From: Candidatus Omnitrophota bacterium
GTDB taxonomy: Bacteria; Omnitrophota; Gorgyraeia; Gygaellales; Profunditerraquicolaceae
DNA: 64,000 bases
Direction of reading: 5' to 3'
Assembly: GCA_026387355.1 (NCBI GenBank)
Contig: JAPLLW010000016.1
Coordinates: forward strand, 6,240-70,239
Shown here: positions 32,310-40,683 of the stretch, in pieces
How positions within the stretch are numbered: the first letter of the stretch is position 1
Layout: every line of letters starts with the position of its first letter
Position numbers and translations under genes: made by a program
Notes under the pieces: model-generated
What the model was told of the DNA's origin: nothing
What the model saw: the letters and a program-made list of their open reading frames with translations, nothing else
Databases searched by the model: none

Positions 32310-33704
32310 CTAATCAAGCAAGACTTCTTCATCTTTAGATGGCACATAAGCATTTATACCCATCTTGGTAAATGTATCGCACAGATCCAGCTCCTGCTCC
32401 TCTTCGCCATGAACTAAGAATATCCTCTTAAGCGGTAAACAGGCATTTACAAACCCCAGTAAATCATTCTTATCAGCATGCCCGGACATTGCGTTAACAA
32501 TCACAACTTCAGCATTAAGCTCATATTCTATACCGAATATGCGCACAATCTTCTCTCTATCTACAATTCTCCTGCCCAAGGTATCCTTAGCCATATAACC
32601 AACTACAAGGATTGTATTTCTGGAATCCTCGATATTATTCTGAAGATGATGAAGGATTCTCCCGGATTCGCACATCCCGCTTCCTGCGATAATAATCATC
32701 GGCCGCTTATCAGCATTTAAGGCCTTAGACTCATATTGATCGCGGATAAATCTTAAGTTTAGCAATTCAAATGGGCTATTCCCTTTAGAAAACTCCTGAC
32801 GCGTTGTAGGATCAAAATAGTCATGGTGATATTCAAAGACTTCGGTAATGTCTGTTGCTAAAGGACTATCTACATATATCGGGACAGAAGGTATAAGCTT
32901 ATCTTTCAATAGCTCATTTAAGTAAAAAATAACCTCTTGCGTACGCTCCAGGGTAAATGACGGGATAAGTACTTTACCACCCCTGCGTAAAGTACGCGAG
33001 ATAGCATCCCTAAGTTTTGATTGAGCCTCCTCAATCGGCGCATGAAGCCTTGAGCCATAGGTACTTTCTAATATTAAATAATCCAGCCCCTTAGGTATAA
33101 CCGGATTATTAAGCAAGGGGAGGTTCTTTCTGCCTAAATCTACAGCATAACCTAAACGTATATTACGATTTTCATCCTTAATATCTAAAATGGTTATAGC
33201 TGAACCTAATATGTGCCCGGCATCAACAAGCGTTGCGAAAACATTTTTGGCGATACAAAATTTCTGATTATAAGAGATGGAGCGGAATATCTTTGTCGCC
33301 TTAGCCGCTTCTTTCTTAGTATAAAGAGGCTTTCTCTCAGGCAGGCCTATGCGCTTATTGATTTTATTAACATATCTGATATCTTCTTCCTGAATCTTAC
33401 CTGAATCCTTAAGCATAAGCTCAGCCAGGTCTTTTGTTGCGGAGGTAGTATAAATCTTACAACGCAGCCCCTTCTTTATGAGGCTTGGAATATTCCCGCA
33501 ATGATCAATATGCGCATGAGAAAGAACGAGCGCATTGATTAAACGCGGATTAAAACTAAAAGTTGTATTTATTGCATAAGACTCATCGCGGTGGCCCTGG
33601 AAGAGCCCTGCGTCAAGCAGAACCTCGGTCTTATCCGCAATCACCAGGTGACTTGAACCGGTAACTGTCCTTACCCCTCCTAAAAATTTTATTTTAACGG
33701 ACAT
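32310..33704 (-). CDS. MBL-fold beta-CASP family ribonuclease/hydrolase
   Basis: HAHIDHCG metallo-beta-lactamase motif near the N-terminus. 464 aa with a beta-CASP-like C-terminal half. Confidence 0.75.
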   Translation of the reverse strand: MSVKIKFLGGVRTVTGSSHLVIADKTEVLLDAGLFQGHRDESYAINTTFSFNPRLINALVLSHAHIDHCGNIPSLIKKGLRCKIYTTSATKDLAELMLKDSGKIQEEDIRYVNKINKRIGLPERKPLYTKKEAAKATKIFRSISYNQKFCIAKNVFATLVDAGHILGSAITILDIKDENRNIRLGYAVDLGRKNLPLLNNPVIPKGLDYLILESTYGSRLHAPIEEAQSKLRDAISRTLRRGGKVLIPSFTLERTQEVIFYLNELLKDKLIPSVPIYVDSPLATDITEVFEYHHDYFDPTTRQEFSKGNSPFELLNLRFIRDQYESKALNADKRPMIIIAGSGMCESGRILHHLQNNIEDSRNTILVVGYMAKDTLGRRIVDREKIVRIFGIEYELNAEVVIVNAMSGHADKNDLLGFVNACLPLKRIFLVHGEEEQELDLCDTFTKMGINAYVPSKDEEVLLD

Positions 33705-33709
33705 ATTTA

Positions 33710-34390
33710 TTACTCCTTAGTCTTTATCTTAAATAGCGCCATGATTATAAATATAATATAGATAAAGCTAAATAGCAACAAAGGTTTATGGCTTAAGAAA
33801 AATTCTCTTAAAACCTCAGGTTTACTGAATACACTTATACCTACAGAATAAAGTATATACTGAATCCAGAAAATCTTTATTGGCGAGCCAATAATTACTG
33901 CGGTAAGATATTTTCTAAAGCGAATTTTGGTAAGTCCGGCAGATAAATCTAGAAATCTATAAGGAATAAGCGGCGCAGCCCGAAATACAAATAACCAGAG
34001 AAGACTCATCTTTCCTAACTTCTCATCCAGATGCCTATATTTATCACTTAATTTACCTTCAACGCTCCTTCTGCCAAGAAGACGCGCTAGATAAAATAAT
34101 AAAAAGGCATTAATTGTTTCAGCAGCACAAATTAACAGAGCACTTAGATACGGACCGAATAATAGTGCGCCCAGTAGCCAAAATAAATCTTTGGAGAAGA
34201 ATACAAAGAAGGTAACAAAAACATAAAGAAGGATATATATAAATGCGCTGGCAAGAAGAGGGAATTTTGTTAATGCGTTTTGTAAAACAGTGGGGTCAAC
34301 TGGTATGTAGCGGCCTAAATACCAAAAGAAAACTAAGACAAAGATCAAAATTAAGAAGCCGAGATTATCCTTAATTTGCTTAATTTTCAT
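33710..34390 (-). CDS. DedA/TVP38 (SNARE-associated) family membrane protein
   Basis: Polytopic. Conserved ...LLGRR...FRAAPLIPYRFLDLSAGL... core. Confidence 0.65.
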   Translation of the reverse strand: MKIKQIKDNLGFLILIFVLVFFWYLGRYIPVDPTVLQNALTKFPLLASAFIYILLYVFVTFFVFFSKDLFWLLGALLFGPYLSALLICAAETINAFLLFYLARLLGRRSVEGKLSDKYRHLDEKLGKMSLLWLFVFRAAPLIPYRFLDLSAGLTKIRFRKYLTAVIIGSPIKIFWIQYILYSVGISVFSKPEVLREFFLSHKPLLLFSFIYIIFIIMALFKIKTKE

Positions 34391-35913
34391 TAAGTAACGA
34401 AGAGATTACGGGATGAGAATTTTCCATCAGTAGTTAAGTTTACGCCTAGTCGCTTTAGGCCAACCTCGTCTCCGGGAGTAGGTATATGCGTCATATGCAA
34501 CTCGCATCCCCTTAACTCTACAAGCTTTTGCATGGCAAGCTCCGCGGTATGATTAGTTGTTCCACTTATTGCTAAAGCAATCAGCGTCTCCTCTAAATCA
34601 AGGCTCTCAGAATCCGCATCAAGTATTCCTTCTTTTAATTTACCAATTTGATTAATTATATGCGGAGAAAGAAGTAAGATTTCATCGGGGATATTCGCTA
34701 AGACTTTAATTGCATTTAAAATCAGACTGCTTGCAGCATGCATAAGCTTGGAATTCTTCCCGGTGAGGATCCTGCCGTCATTTAACTGGATTGCTGCTCC
34801 GCAGAATATCCCGGCATTCCCCTTACCCTTAGCCTCAGCTTCAAGTGCTGTCTTTCTTGCCACCTCAACAACGCTACGGTCAATAAGCTTAATACCTAGT
34901 TCTTCCATAAGTAGCAGTACCCTATCCACCGTCTCTTTTTTCTCAATCCCCAGTACATACTCAGAATTATATCTAAAATACCTGCGGATTAACTCTTGCT
35001 TGGCTGCCTCTTGCACTAGCTTATCATCAACAATACCGAAACCCGCGCGGTTAACCCCCATATCAGTAGGCGAATTATACATAGGCAAGATTACATTCTT
35101 ATCAAATATCCTGGTAAGGATTAATTTTAGTATAGGAAAACTTTCCACATCGCGGTTATAATTTATGGAAGTCTTATTGTATTTATTCAAATGGAACGGG
35201 TCTACGAGATTAAAATCCAGGATATCAGCGGTAGCTGCTTCATATGCTACATTAACCGGGTGCTTGAGGGGCAGATTCCATATCGGAAAGGTCTCAAACT
35301 TTGCGTAACCGGCGTTTACCCCGCGCTTATGCTCAAGATATAACTGCGACAAGCAAACCGCAAGCTTCCCGCTATTTGGTCCGGGAGCAGTTACAACACA
35401 AATCGGCTTTTTGGTCTCAATAAACTGATTTTTTCCAAAACCATTATCGCTTACAATGGAGGCAACATCCGCAGGATATCCTTCTATCGGATAATGCAGA
35501 TAAACCTTAACCCCGCGATGCTCCAATTTGTTCTTGAACATAACTGCCGAAGACTGATTATTAAAACGGGTAATCACTACAGCTAAAATATCCAAACCCC
35601 ACTTACGCAAATCATCAATTAGCTTTAGCGTTGCGGCATCATAAGTAATACCAAAATCACCACGCACCCTCCCCTTCTCGATATCCCCGGCATAAATAGC
35701 CAAGACAATATCTATCTTGTCTTTTAAGCATTGCAGTAACCTTATTTTTACATTGGGGTCATAACCCGGGAGGACGCGGGCAGCATGGTAGTCATAACAG
35801 AGTTTGCCACCGAATTCCAAATAAAGCTTATTATCGAACTTATTCACGCGATCGACAATTGCCTGTGTCTGTTCTTTCAAATACTTATCATTATCAAATC
35901 CAACTTTATTCAT
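34390..35913 (-). CDS. conserved hypothetical protein (UPF0371/DUF1846-like)
   Basis: 507 aa soluble protein starting MNKVGFDNDKYLKEQTQAIVDRV. No catalytic motif I can name. RBS GGAG 9 nt before the ATG. Confidence 0.5.
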   Translation of the reverse strand: MNKVGFDNDKYLKEQTQAIVDRVNKFDNKLYLEFGGKLCYDYHAARVLPGYDPNVKIRLLQCLKDKIDIVLAIYAGDIEKGRVRGDFGITYDAATLKLIDDLRKWGLDILAVVITRFNNQSSAVMFKNKLEHRGVKVYLHYPIEGYPADVASIVSDNGFGKNQFIETKKPICVVTAPGPNSGKLAVCLSQLYLEHKRGVNAGYAKFETFPIWNLPLKHPVNVAYEAATADILDFNLVDPFHLNKYNKTSINYNRDVESFPILKLILTRIFDKNVILPMYNSPTDMGVNRAGFGIVDDKLVQEAAKQELIRRYFRYNSEYVLGIEKKETVDRVLLLMEELGIKLIDRSVVEVARKTALEAEAKGKGNAGIFCGAAIQLNDGRILTGKNSKLMHAASSLILNAIKVLANIPDEILLLSPHIINQIGKLKEGILDADSESLDLEETLIALAISGTTNHTAELAMQKLVELRGCELHMTHIPTPGDEVGLKRLGVNLTTDGKFSSRNLFVT

Positions 35914-35950
35914 TATTTAAATCTCCGTTTAGAATGATTATATAGTAAGT

Positions 35951-35978
35951 ATTATAATACTGAAATGAGTCATTGTAA
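35951..35978 (-). promoter_or_regulatory. sigma70-like promoter TTACAA-N16-TATAAT for the DUF1846 gene
   Basis: Minus-strand read ...CTTTACAATGACTCATTTCAGTATTATAATACT..., about 40 nt upstream of the ATG at 35913. Confidence 0.5.
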
Positions 35979-36013
35979 AGAGCTCCTAATCTTCATGTGT
36001 TAGTAGATGTTAA

Positions 36014-36305
36014 CAGGCGGGTCCTGCCTGCTGATCCACCCCGTTCGTGCTCCCCGCCATAAAACTTGGCGGGTGCGCGCGTACGGGGTCCCCGTATCAG
36101 CAGTCACCCGCTTTTAATACTAATAAACACTAGTTAGTTAGGTACTGACTTGCCTGTGTTTAAGCGGGGCGTCCGAGGAACCCGAGCGGGCACGGTTCGC
36201 CTTCTAATAATGTCAGCGAGAGCGAGGGTCCGCAGGTCGAGCGAAGTTTTGCCTCGCAGGGGCAAAACGAGCGTACCCGCGAAAACACAGGCAAGGCAGG
36301 ACCTA
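36014..36305 (-). ncRNA. GC-rich structured element, copy A (same family as 28537-28812, opposite orientation)
   Basis: ~290-nt GC-rich island between the carB-N stop and the DUF1846 promoter. On the minus strand: 5' GGUCCUGCC pairs with 3' GGCAGGACC (9 bp); conserved block CTGCCTTGCCTGTGTTTTCGCGGGTACG; perfect 8-bp hairpin GUUUUGCC-CCUGCGAG-GGCAAAAC; GCGGGU...ACCCGC helix; shared GGCGAA, GCTCGGGT, AGCGGGTGAC and GGCAGGACCCGC blocks with copy B. Confidence 0.45.
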
Positions 36306-36322
36306 TTGAAAAGATTTTAGCG

Positions 36323-36353
36323 TAATAAAAAGCTGCATTAAAAAATACAGCAG
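36323..36353 (-). terminator. intrinsic terminator after carA-carB(N)
   Basis: Minus-strand GCUGUA-UUUUUUAA-UGCAGC hairpin followed by UUUUUAUU, immediately after the carB-N stop (36361). Confidence 0.5.
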
Positions 36354-36360
36354 GCAAGAC

Positions 36361-38022
36361 CTATTCTTCGTAGGTAGAATAAAAATACGGGGTATATGCC
36401 TTAAATTCGGCGGCACAGGTATCTACAAGCTTAAAGGTGGGTTCTATTTTAAGCTCTTTACGTAGCTTACTGATATCTTCCTCTTTTTTATTCAAAAGCT
36501 TGGCTAGCTGTCTATCGCTAAACCCAAACTCTTTAGCCTCTCTTAAGAGTTCTTTAGATATACTAGCCTTGCTACCTGCAACCTCTTTCTCTAAATCGAT
36601 TATCTCGCCTATATTGCTTAAAAACCAACGGTCGATTTTAGTAATTGCAAAAATCTTATCGATACTCATACCCATCCTTAATGCATCGCCGATATAAAAT
36701 ATGCGCTCGGCATTGGGAGTTTTGAGCTTTTGTTCTATCTTAATCCTAACTTCATCATCTACTTTTATATCCAGAGGATTAGAAAACATTAAGCTCTCTA
36801 ACCCAAATTTCTTAATCTCAAGCGAACGCAAACCCTTTTGTAATGATTCCTTAAAGGTCCTTCCTATAGACATAGCCTCACCCACGGATTTCATAGATAC
36901 AGTAAGCGTAGGATCAGAAGAAGGAAATTTCTCAAAAGTAAAACGGGGAATTTTTACCACGCAATAATCAATCGCAGGCTCAAAACAGGCAGGCGTTTCG
37001 CGAGTGATATCGTTAGGGATCTCATCAAGCGTATAACCAACAGCGAGCTTTGCCGCAATTTTAGCGATAGGAAAACCTGTCGCCTTTGAAGCCAGAGCAG
37101 AACTGCGCGAAACCCGCGGGTTCATCTCAATCACAACCATACGTCCGGTATCCGGATTTAAAGCAAACTGAATATTTGATCCGCCGGTCTCAACCCCAAT
37201 CTCTCTTATGCAGGCAATAGCGGCATCGCGCATCTTTTGATATTCTTTATCAGTCAGGGTTTGAATTGGCGCTACGGTAATACTATCGCCGGTATGCACA
37301 CCCATAGGATCAAGATTCTCAATCGAGCAGATAATTACTACATTATCTTTTAAATCACGCATTACCTCCAGCTCAAACTCCTTCCAGCCTGCCACCGACT
37401 CCTCTACCAAAATCTCGCTGATCATACTTGATTCTAAACCGCGCTTGGCTAATTCCTTAAATTCATCAATATTGTAAGCCATGCTTCCCCCTGTTCCCCC
37501 TAAGGTAAAACTCGGACGGATAATTAAGGGAAACCCGATTTCTTTGGCCACTTTTATTGATTCTTTAAGATTATAAGCTTTTCCGCTACGCGGCAGATCC
37601 AAACCAATTTTGCTCATCGCTTCTTTAAAAAGCTGCCTATCCTCGCCCTTCTTTATTGCCTTTATATTAGCTCCAATACACTCTACTTTATATTTCTTTA
37701 ATACGCCGCTCTCTGCCAAAGCAATGGTAACATTTAAGGCAGTCTGGCCACCTAATGTCGGTAAAAGTGCGTCCGGCCTTTCCTTGGCAATTATTCTCTC
37801 GAGGACTTCCGGTATAATCGGCTCTACATAAGTAGCATCGGCTATTTGAGGATCAGTCATTATTGTTGCCGGGTTTGAATTAACCAGGACGATATTAAAA
37901 CCCTCCTGCTTTAAGACTTTACAGGCCTGTGTCCCGGAATAATCAAATTCGCATGCTTGGCCGATTACTATAGGCCCGGAACCAATAATTAAAATCTTTT
38001 TTAGATCAGTTCTTTTTGGCAT
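36361..38022 (-). CDS. carB: carbamoyl-phosphate synthase large subunit, N-terminal half only (carboxyphosphate synthetic plus oligomerisation domains)
   Basis: [35 protein letters not shown]... 553 aa ending at the end of the oligomerisation domain. No C-terminal half follows. Confidence 0.85.
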   Translation of the reverse strand: MPKRTDLKKILIIGSGPIVIGQACEFDYSGTQACKVLKQEGFNIVLVNSNPATIMTDPQIADATYVEPIIPEVLERIIAKERPDALLPTLGGQTALNVTIALAESGVLKKYKVECIGANIKAIKKGEDRQLFKEAMSKIGLDLPRSGKAYNLKESIKVAKEIGFPLIIRPSFTLGGTGGSMAYNIDEFKELAKRGLESSMISEILVEESVAGWKEFELEVMRDLKDNVVIICSIENLDPMGVHTGDSITVAPIQTLTDKEYQKMRDAAIACIREIGVETGGSNIQFALNPDTGRMVVIEMNPRVSRSSALASKATGFPIAKIAAKLAVGYTLDEIPNDITRETPACFEPAIDYCVVKIPRFTFEKFPSSDPTLTVSMKSVGEAMSIGRTFKESLQKGLRSLEIKKFGLESLMFSNPLDIKVDDEVRIKIEQKLKTPNAERIFYIGDALRMGMSIDKIFAITKIDRWFLSNIGEIIDLEKEVAGSKASISKELLREAKEFGFSDRQLAKLLNKKEEDISKLRKELKIEPTFKLVDTCAAEFKAYTPYFYSTYEE

Positions 38023-39124
38023 TTCGCTTTATCTTTGATTTCTTCATTAAACCAATGAACTCTTCGAATAAATATTGTGCATCATGCGGTCCCGGGGAAG
38101 CCTCCGGATGAAACTGCACAGAGAATACCGGTAATTTTTTATGACGCAGACCTTCTAGCGTATTATCATTTAGATTTATATGGGTAAGTTCTATCTCTTT
38201 TTTATTAAGAGTATCTATATCCACGCAAAAACCGTGATTCTGGGAGGTTACGGAAACGCTTCCGGTTCTAAAGTCTTTTACCGGATGATTCGCCCCGTGA
38301 TGACCAAACTTTAATTTAAAAGTCTTTCCCCCCAAAGCAAGACCTAGCATTTGATGGCCAAGACAGATACCAAATATTGGAAGCTTGCCGATCAGCTCTC
38401 TGGTTGTCTGCACGACTGAAGAGACCGCTTCGGGATCACCCGGGCCGTTAGAAAGAAGCAACCCATCGGGCTTAGCCTCTAAAATCTGTAGGCTTGTGGT
38501 TTTAGCGGGAAAAACAAGCACTTCGCACTTTCGCTTAAACAATTCCCTCAGAATATTATATTTTACCCCGCAATCAATAACCGCTACGCGATAAAGCGTA
38601 TTTTTTGGATTATCCCAAACATACTTCTTGCCACAAGTTACTTCTTTAACCAAATCTATCCCCACTAAACCTAATGAATCTTTGGCCTTCTTAACCAAGC
38701 TATGCTCATCTAAATCTAGAGTAGAAAGCACTGCCTTCATTGCGCCTTTCTCCCGGATATGCAAAGTCAGGCTACGCGTATCAATCCCCTCAACAGCTGC
38801 AATATTATTCTTATTAAAATAATCACCTAATGAACCGCTCTTTCTCCAATTACTAGCTATCTTGCTATACTCCTTAACTACAAAACCCTCCAGAAATATC
38901 GAGCGGGATTCAACATCCTCTGCGTTTATCCCATAGTTACCCATCAAGGGATAGGTCATCGCTACAATCTGCCCCTTATAAGAAGGATCAGTAATAACCT
39001 CCTGATACCCGGACATGCTTGTATTAAAAACTACCTCTCCGAATCTTTCTGCGGATGCGCCGAAAGACTCACCCCGGAATATTCTTCCGTCCTCTAATGC
39101 TAATATTGCATTCAACTTTTTCAT
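38006..39124 (-). CDS. carA: carbamoyl-phosphate synthase small (glutaminase) subunit
   Basis: 372 aa. GICLGHQ class I amidotransferase Cys motif. Overlaps carB by 17 nt. Confidence 0.9.
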   Translation of the reverse strand: MKKLNAILALEDGRIFRGESFGASAERFGEVVFNTSMSGYQEVITDPSYKGQIVAMTYPLMGNYGINAEDVESRSIFLEGFVVKEYSKIASNWRKSGSLGDYFNKNNIAAVEGIDTRSLTLHIREKGAMKAVLSTLDLDEHSLVKKAKDSLGLVGIDLVKEVTCGKKYVWDNPKNTLYRVAVIDCGVKYNILRELFKRKCEVLVFPAKTTSLQILEAKPDGLLLSNGPGDPEAVSSVVQTTRELIGKLPIFGICLGHQMLGLALGGKTFKLKFGHHGANHPVKDFRTGSVSVTSQNHGFCVDIDTLNKKEIELTHINLNDNTLEGLRHKKLPVFSVQFHPEASPGPHDAQYLFEEFIGLMKKSKIKRNAKKN

Positions 39125-39348
39125 AGACTAACATTGGCGGTTGGCACGGCGCGCTTCTTGCGCTAAAACACGCTGCGAAGCATCGCTGTACCAACCTAAT
39201 TACTGGGATGTAAAAGCTAACTGTTACTATTTATCTTAGAGAAATGGCGTCTTTAGAGCCAGAGATCCCACCCTAAAAACGCCATTGTTTTAGTTTTACA
39301 GCTCTTGCATAAATACCTTGAAGGAGTATATCACAAGTCAAAGGGAAG

Positions 39349-40683
39349 TCAAACTAAATGCAAAAATTCTTTACCTTCTCTCATGGAATTAATGTAACGC
39401 TCTATCTTAATATCTTTGCGCTCCTTCAAATTAATTACCTCATCGCTGCCTTGCGGTGAAATAATTTTGACTACCGGCAGATTGATATCATCTTCATTCG
39501 TAGCTACAACTACTCCCACGCGTTTATCGCTCAAAGAAATTATCGAGCCTAATGGCCAGACCCCCATTATCTTAAAAAAGCTATCAAGCAAAGCAGGGTC
39601 AAATGCGCTGTCGCGTCCGCGCATCATTAAGCTATAAATCAGATCCGGAGGATAATCTGACTTATAGCTCCTTCTTGCGCAGAGCGCATCATAAACATCA
39701 CAGATAGATACTATGGATGATGCTATATGTTGTTTTCGTTTAAAGGGAACCTTAGGGTAACCGCTTAAATCATATTTTAAATGATGCTCAAAACTGACTA
39801 CTACCGGCATAATCCCTATATTGTCAACGTAGCGCATAAGTAGCTTAGCTCCTAAAAATGCATGGCTCTCCATTTGATCAAATTCTAAGTTATTTAACTC
39901 ACCGGGTTTGTTGATTATCTTGCGCGAAACATAAAGCTTACCCATATCGTGTAATAAAGCAGATAACCCGATATCCATAACTATCTCTTTAGTAAAACCG
40001 AGCTTGGAAGAAAAAAACATGCTTAATATGGATACATTCAAAAGGTGGACAAATGTTGCTGCATCATACCTTTTTAAAGTAACAAGCTTTAGCAGCTCTT
40101 GATAGTTAGTACTGAGATTGTCAAAGATACTGCTGACTGCATTCCTTAAAGCTTGCCCTTCAACTGCCTCTTTATTTAATACCCCTTCTAAAGAGCCCGA
40201 AAGCTTATTTAATGAACCCTGGTATATATCCAGATTAACCACAGGCCCTGTTGACTTATCTGCTCCTGCAATAGAACCTTTAACTCGGCCGATAGAGATA
40301 TTCTTTATTCCGAACGACAATAATGATTCTGCTAAATCTTGCTTTATCTCGTCTTTAGGCATAACCAGAAACCCGAGGAATCTGACCAACTCTTCCCTCC
40401 GTAAAGAGGAATTAATCGCAATTCTCTCTATACCCCTATCTTTAAAATAAGTGATCATCTGTTTTAAATGCTTACTTAGATCAAAGAATATCTCCTTTTC
40501 AAAAGCGAGCTCCTCGCCGATTATGCCAAATACCAATTCGTCTCTTTGGTTTAAGTAATCCTGCAAAATAGAGAAAGTATTATCTATGGCCTTGGCGGCA
40601 ATAGAATGATTTAACCCGTAAAGTTTAACTACCTGCAGGGTGACCAGCAGTTCCTTAATAGCGTCTCTAGCTTGATCGCTCAT
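39349..40683 (-). CDS. HD-GYP domain phosphohydrolase with an N-terminal DUF3391-like domain
   Basis: HDMGK ... HHLKYDLSGYP, the HD-GYP signature. The N-terminal ~120 aa resemble the N-terminus of the upstream 639-aa protein. Confidence 0.75.
   Translation of the reverse strand: MSDQARDAIKELLVTLQVVKLYGLNHSIAAKAIDNTFSILQDYLNQRDELVFGIIGEELAFEKEIFFDLSKHLKQMITYFKDRGIERIAINSSLRREELVRFLGFLVMPKDEIKQDLAESLLSFGIKNISIGRVKGSIAGADKSTGPVVNLDIYQGSLNKLSGSLEGVLNKEAVEGQALRNAVSSIFDNLSTNYQELLKLVTLKRYDAATFVHLLNVSILSMFFSSKLGFTKEIVMDIGLSALLHDMGKLYVSRKIINKPGELNNLEFDQMESHAFLGAKLLMRYVDNIGIMPVVVSFEHHLKYDLSGYPKVPFKRKQHIASSIVSICDVYDALCARRSYKSDYPPDLIYSLMMRGRDSAFDPALLDSFFKIMGVWPLGSIISLSDKRVGVVVATNEDDINLPVVKIISPQGSDEVINLKERKDIKIERYINSMREGKEFLHLV

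Noticed and set aside
36014-36305. Tried to read the GC-rich element as RNase P RNA, tmRNA, SRP RNA, 6S RNA or a ydaO-type riboswitch
   Set aside because: No GGAAAGUCCGG / ACAGAANCCGGCUUA P4 strands. No tRNA-like GGUUCGAAUCC 3' end, resume codon or tag ORF. No GGAA-tetraloop SRP domain IV. A second diverged copy 7.5 kb away argues against a single-copy housekeeping RNA. The DUF1846 promoter lies downstream of the element, so it is not that gene's 5' leader. Superficial ACGGGGA / GGGGUGGAUC similarity to ydaO was not convincing.
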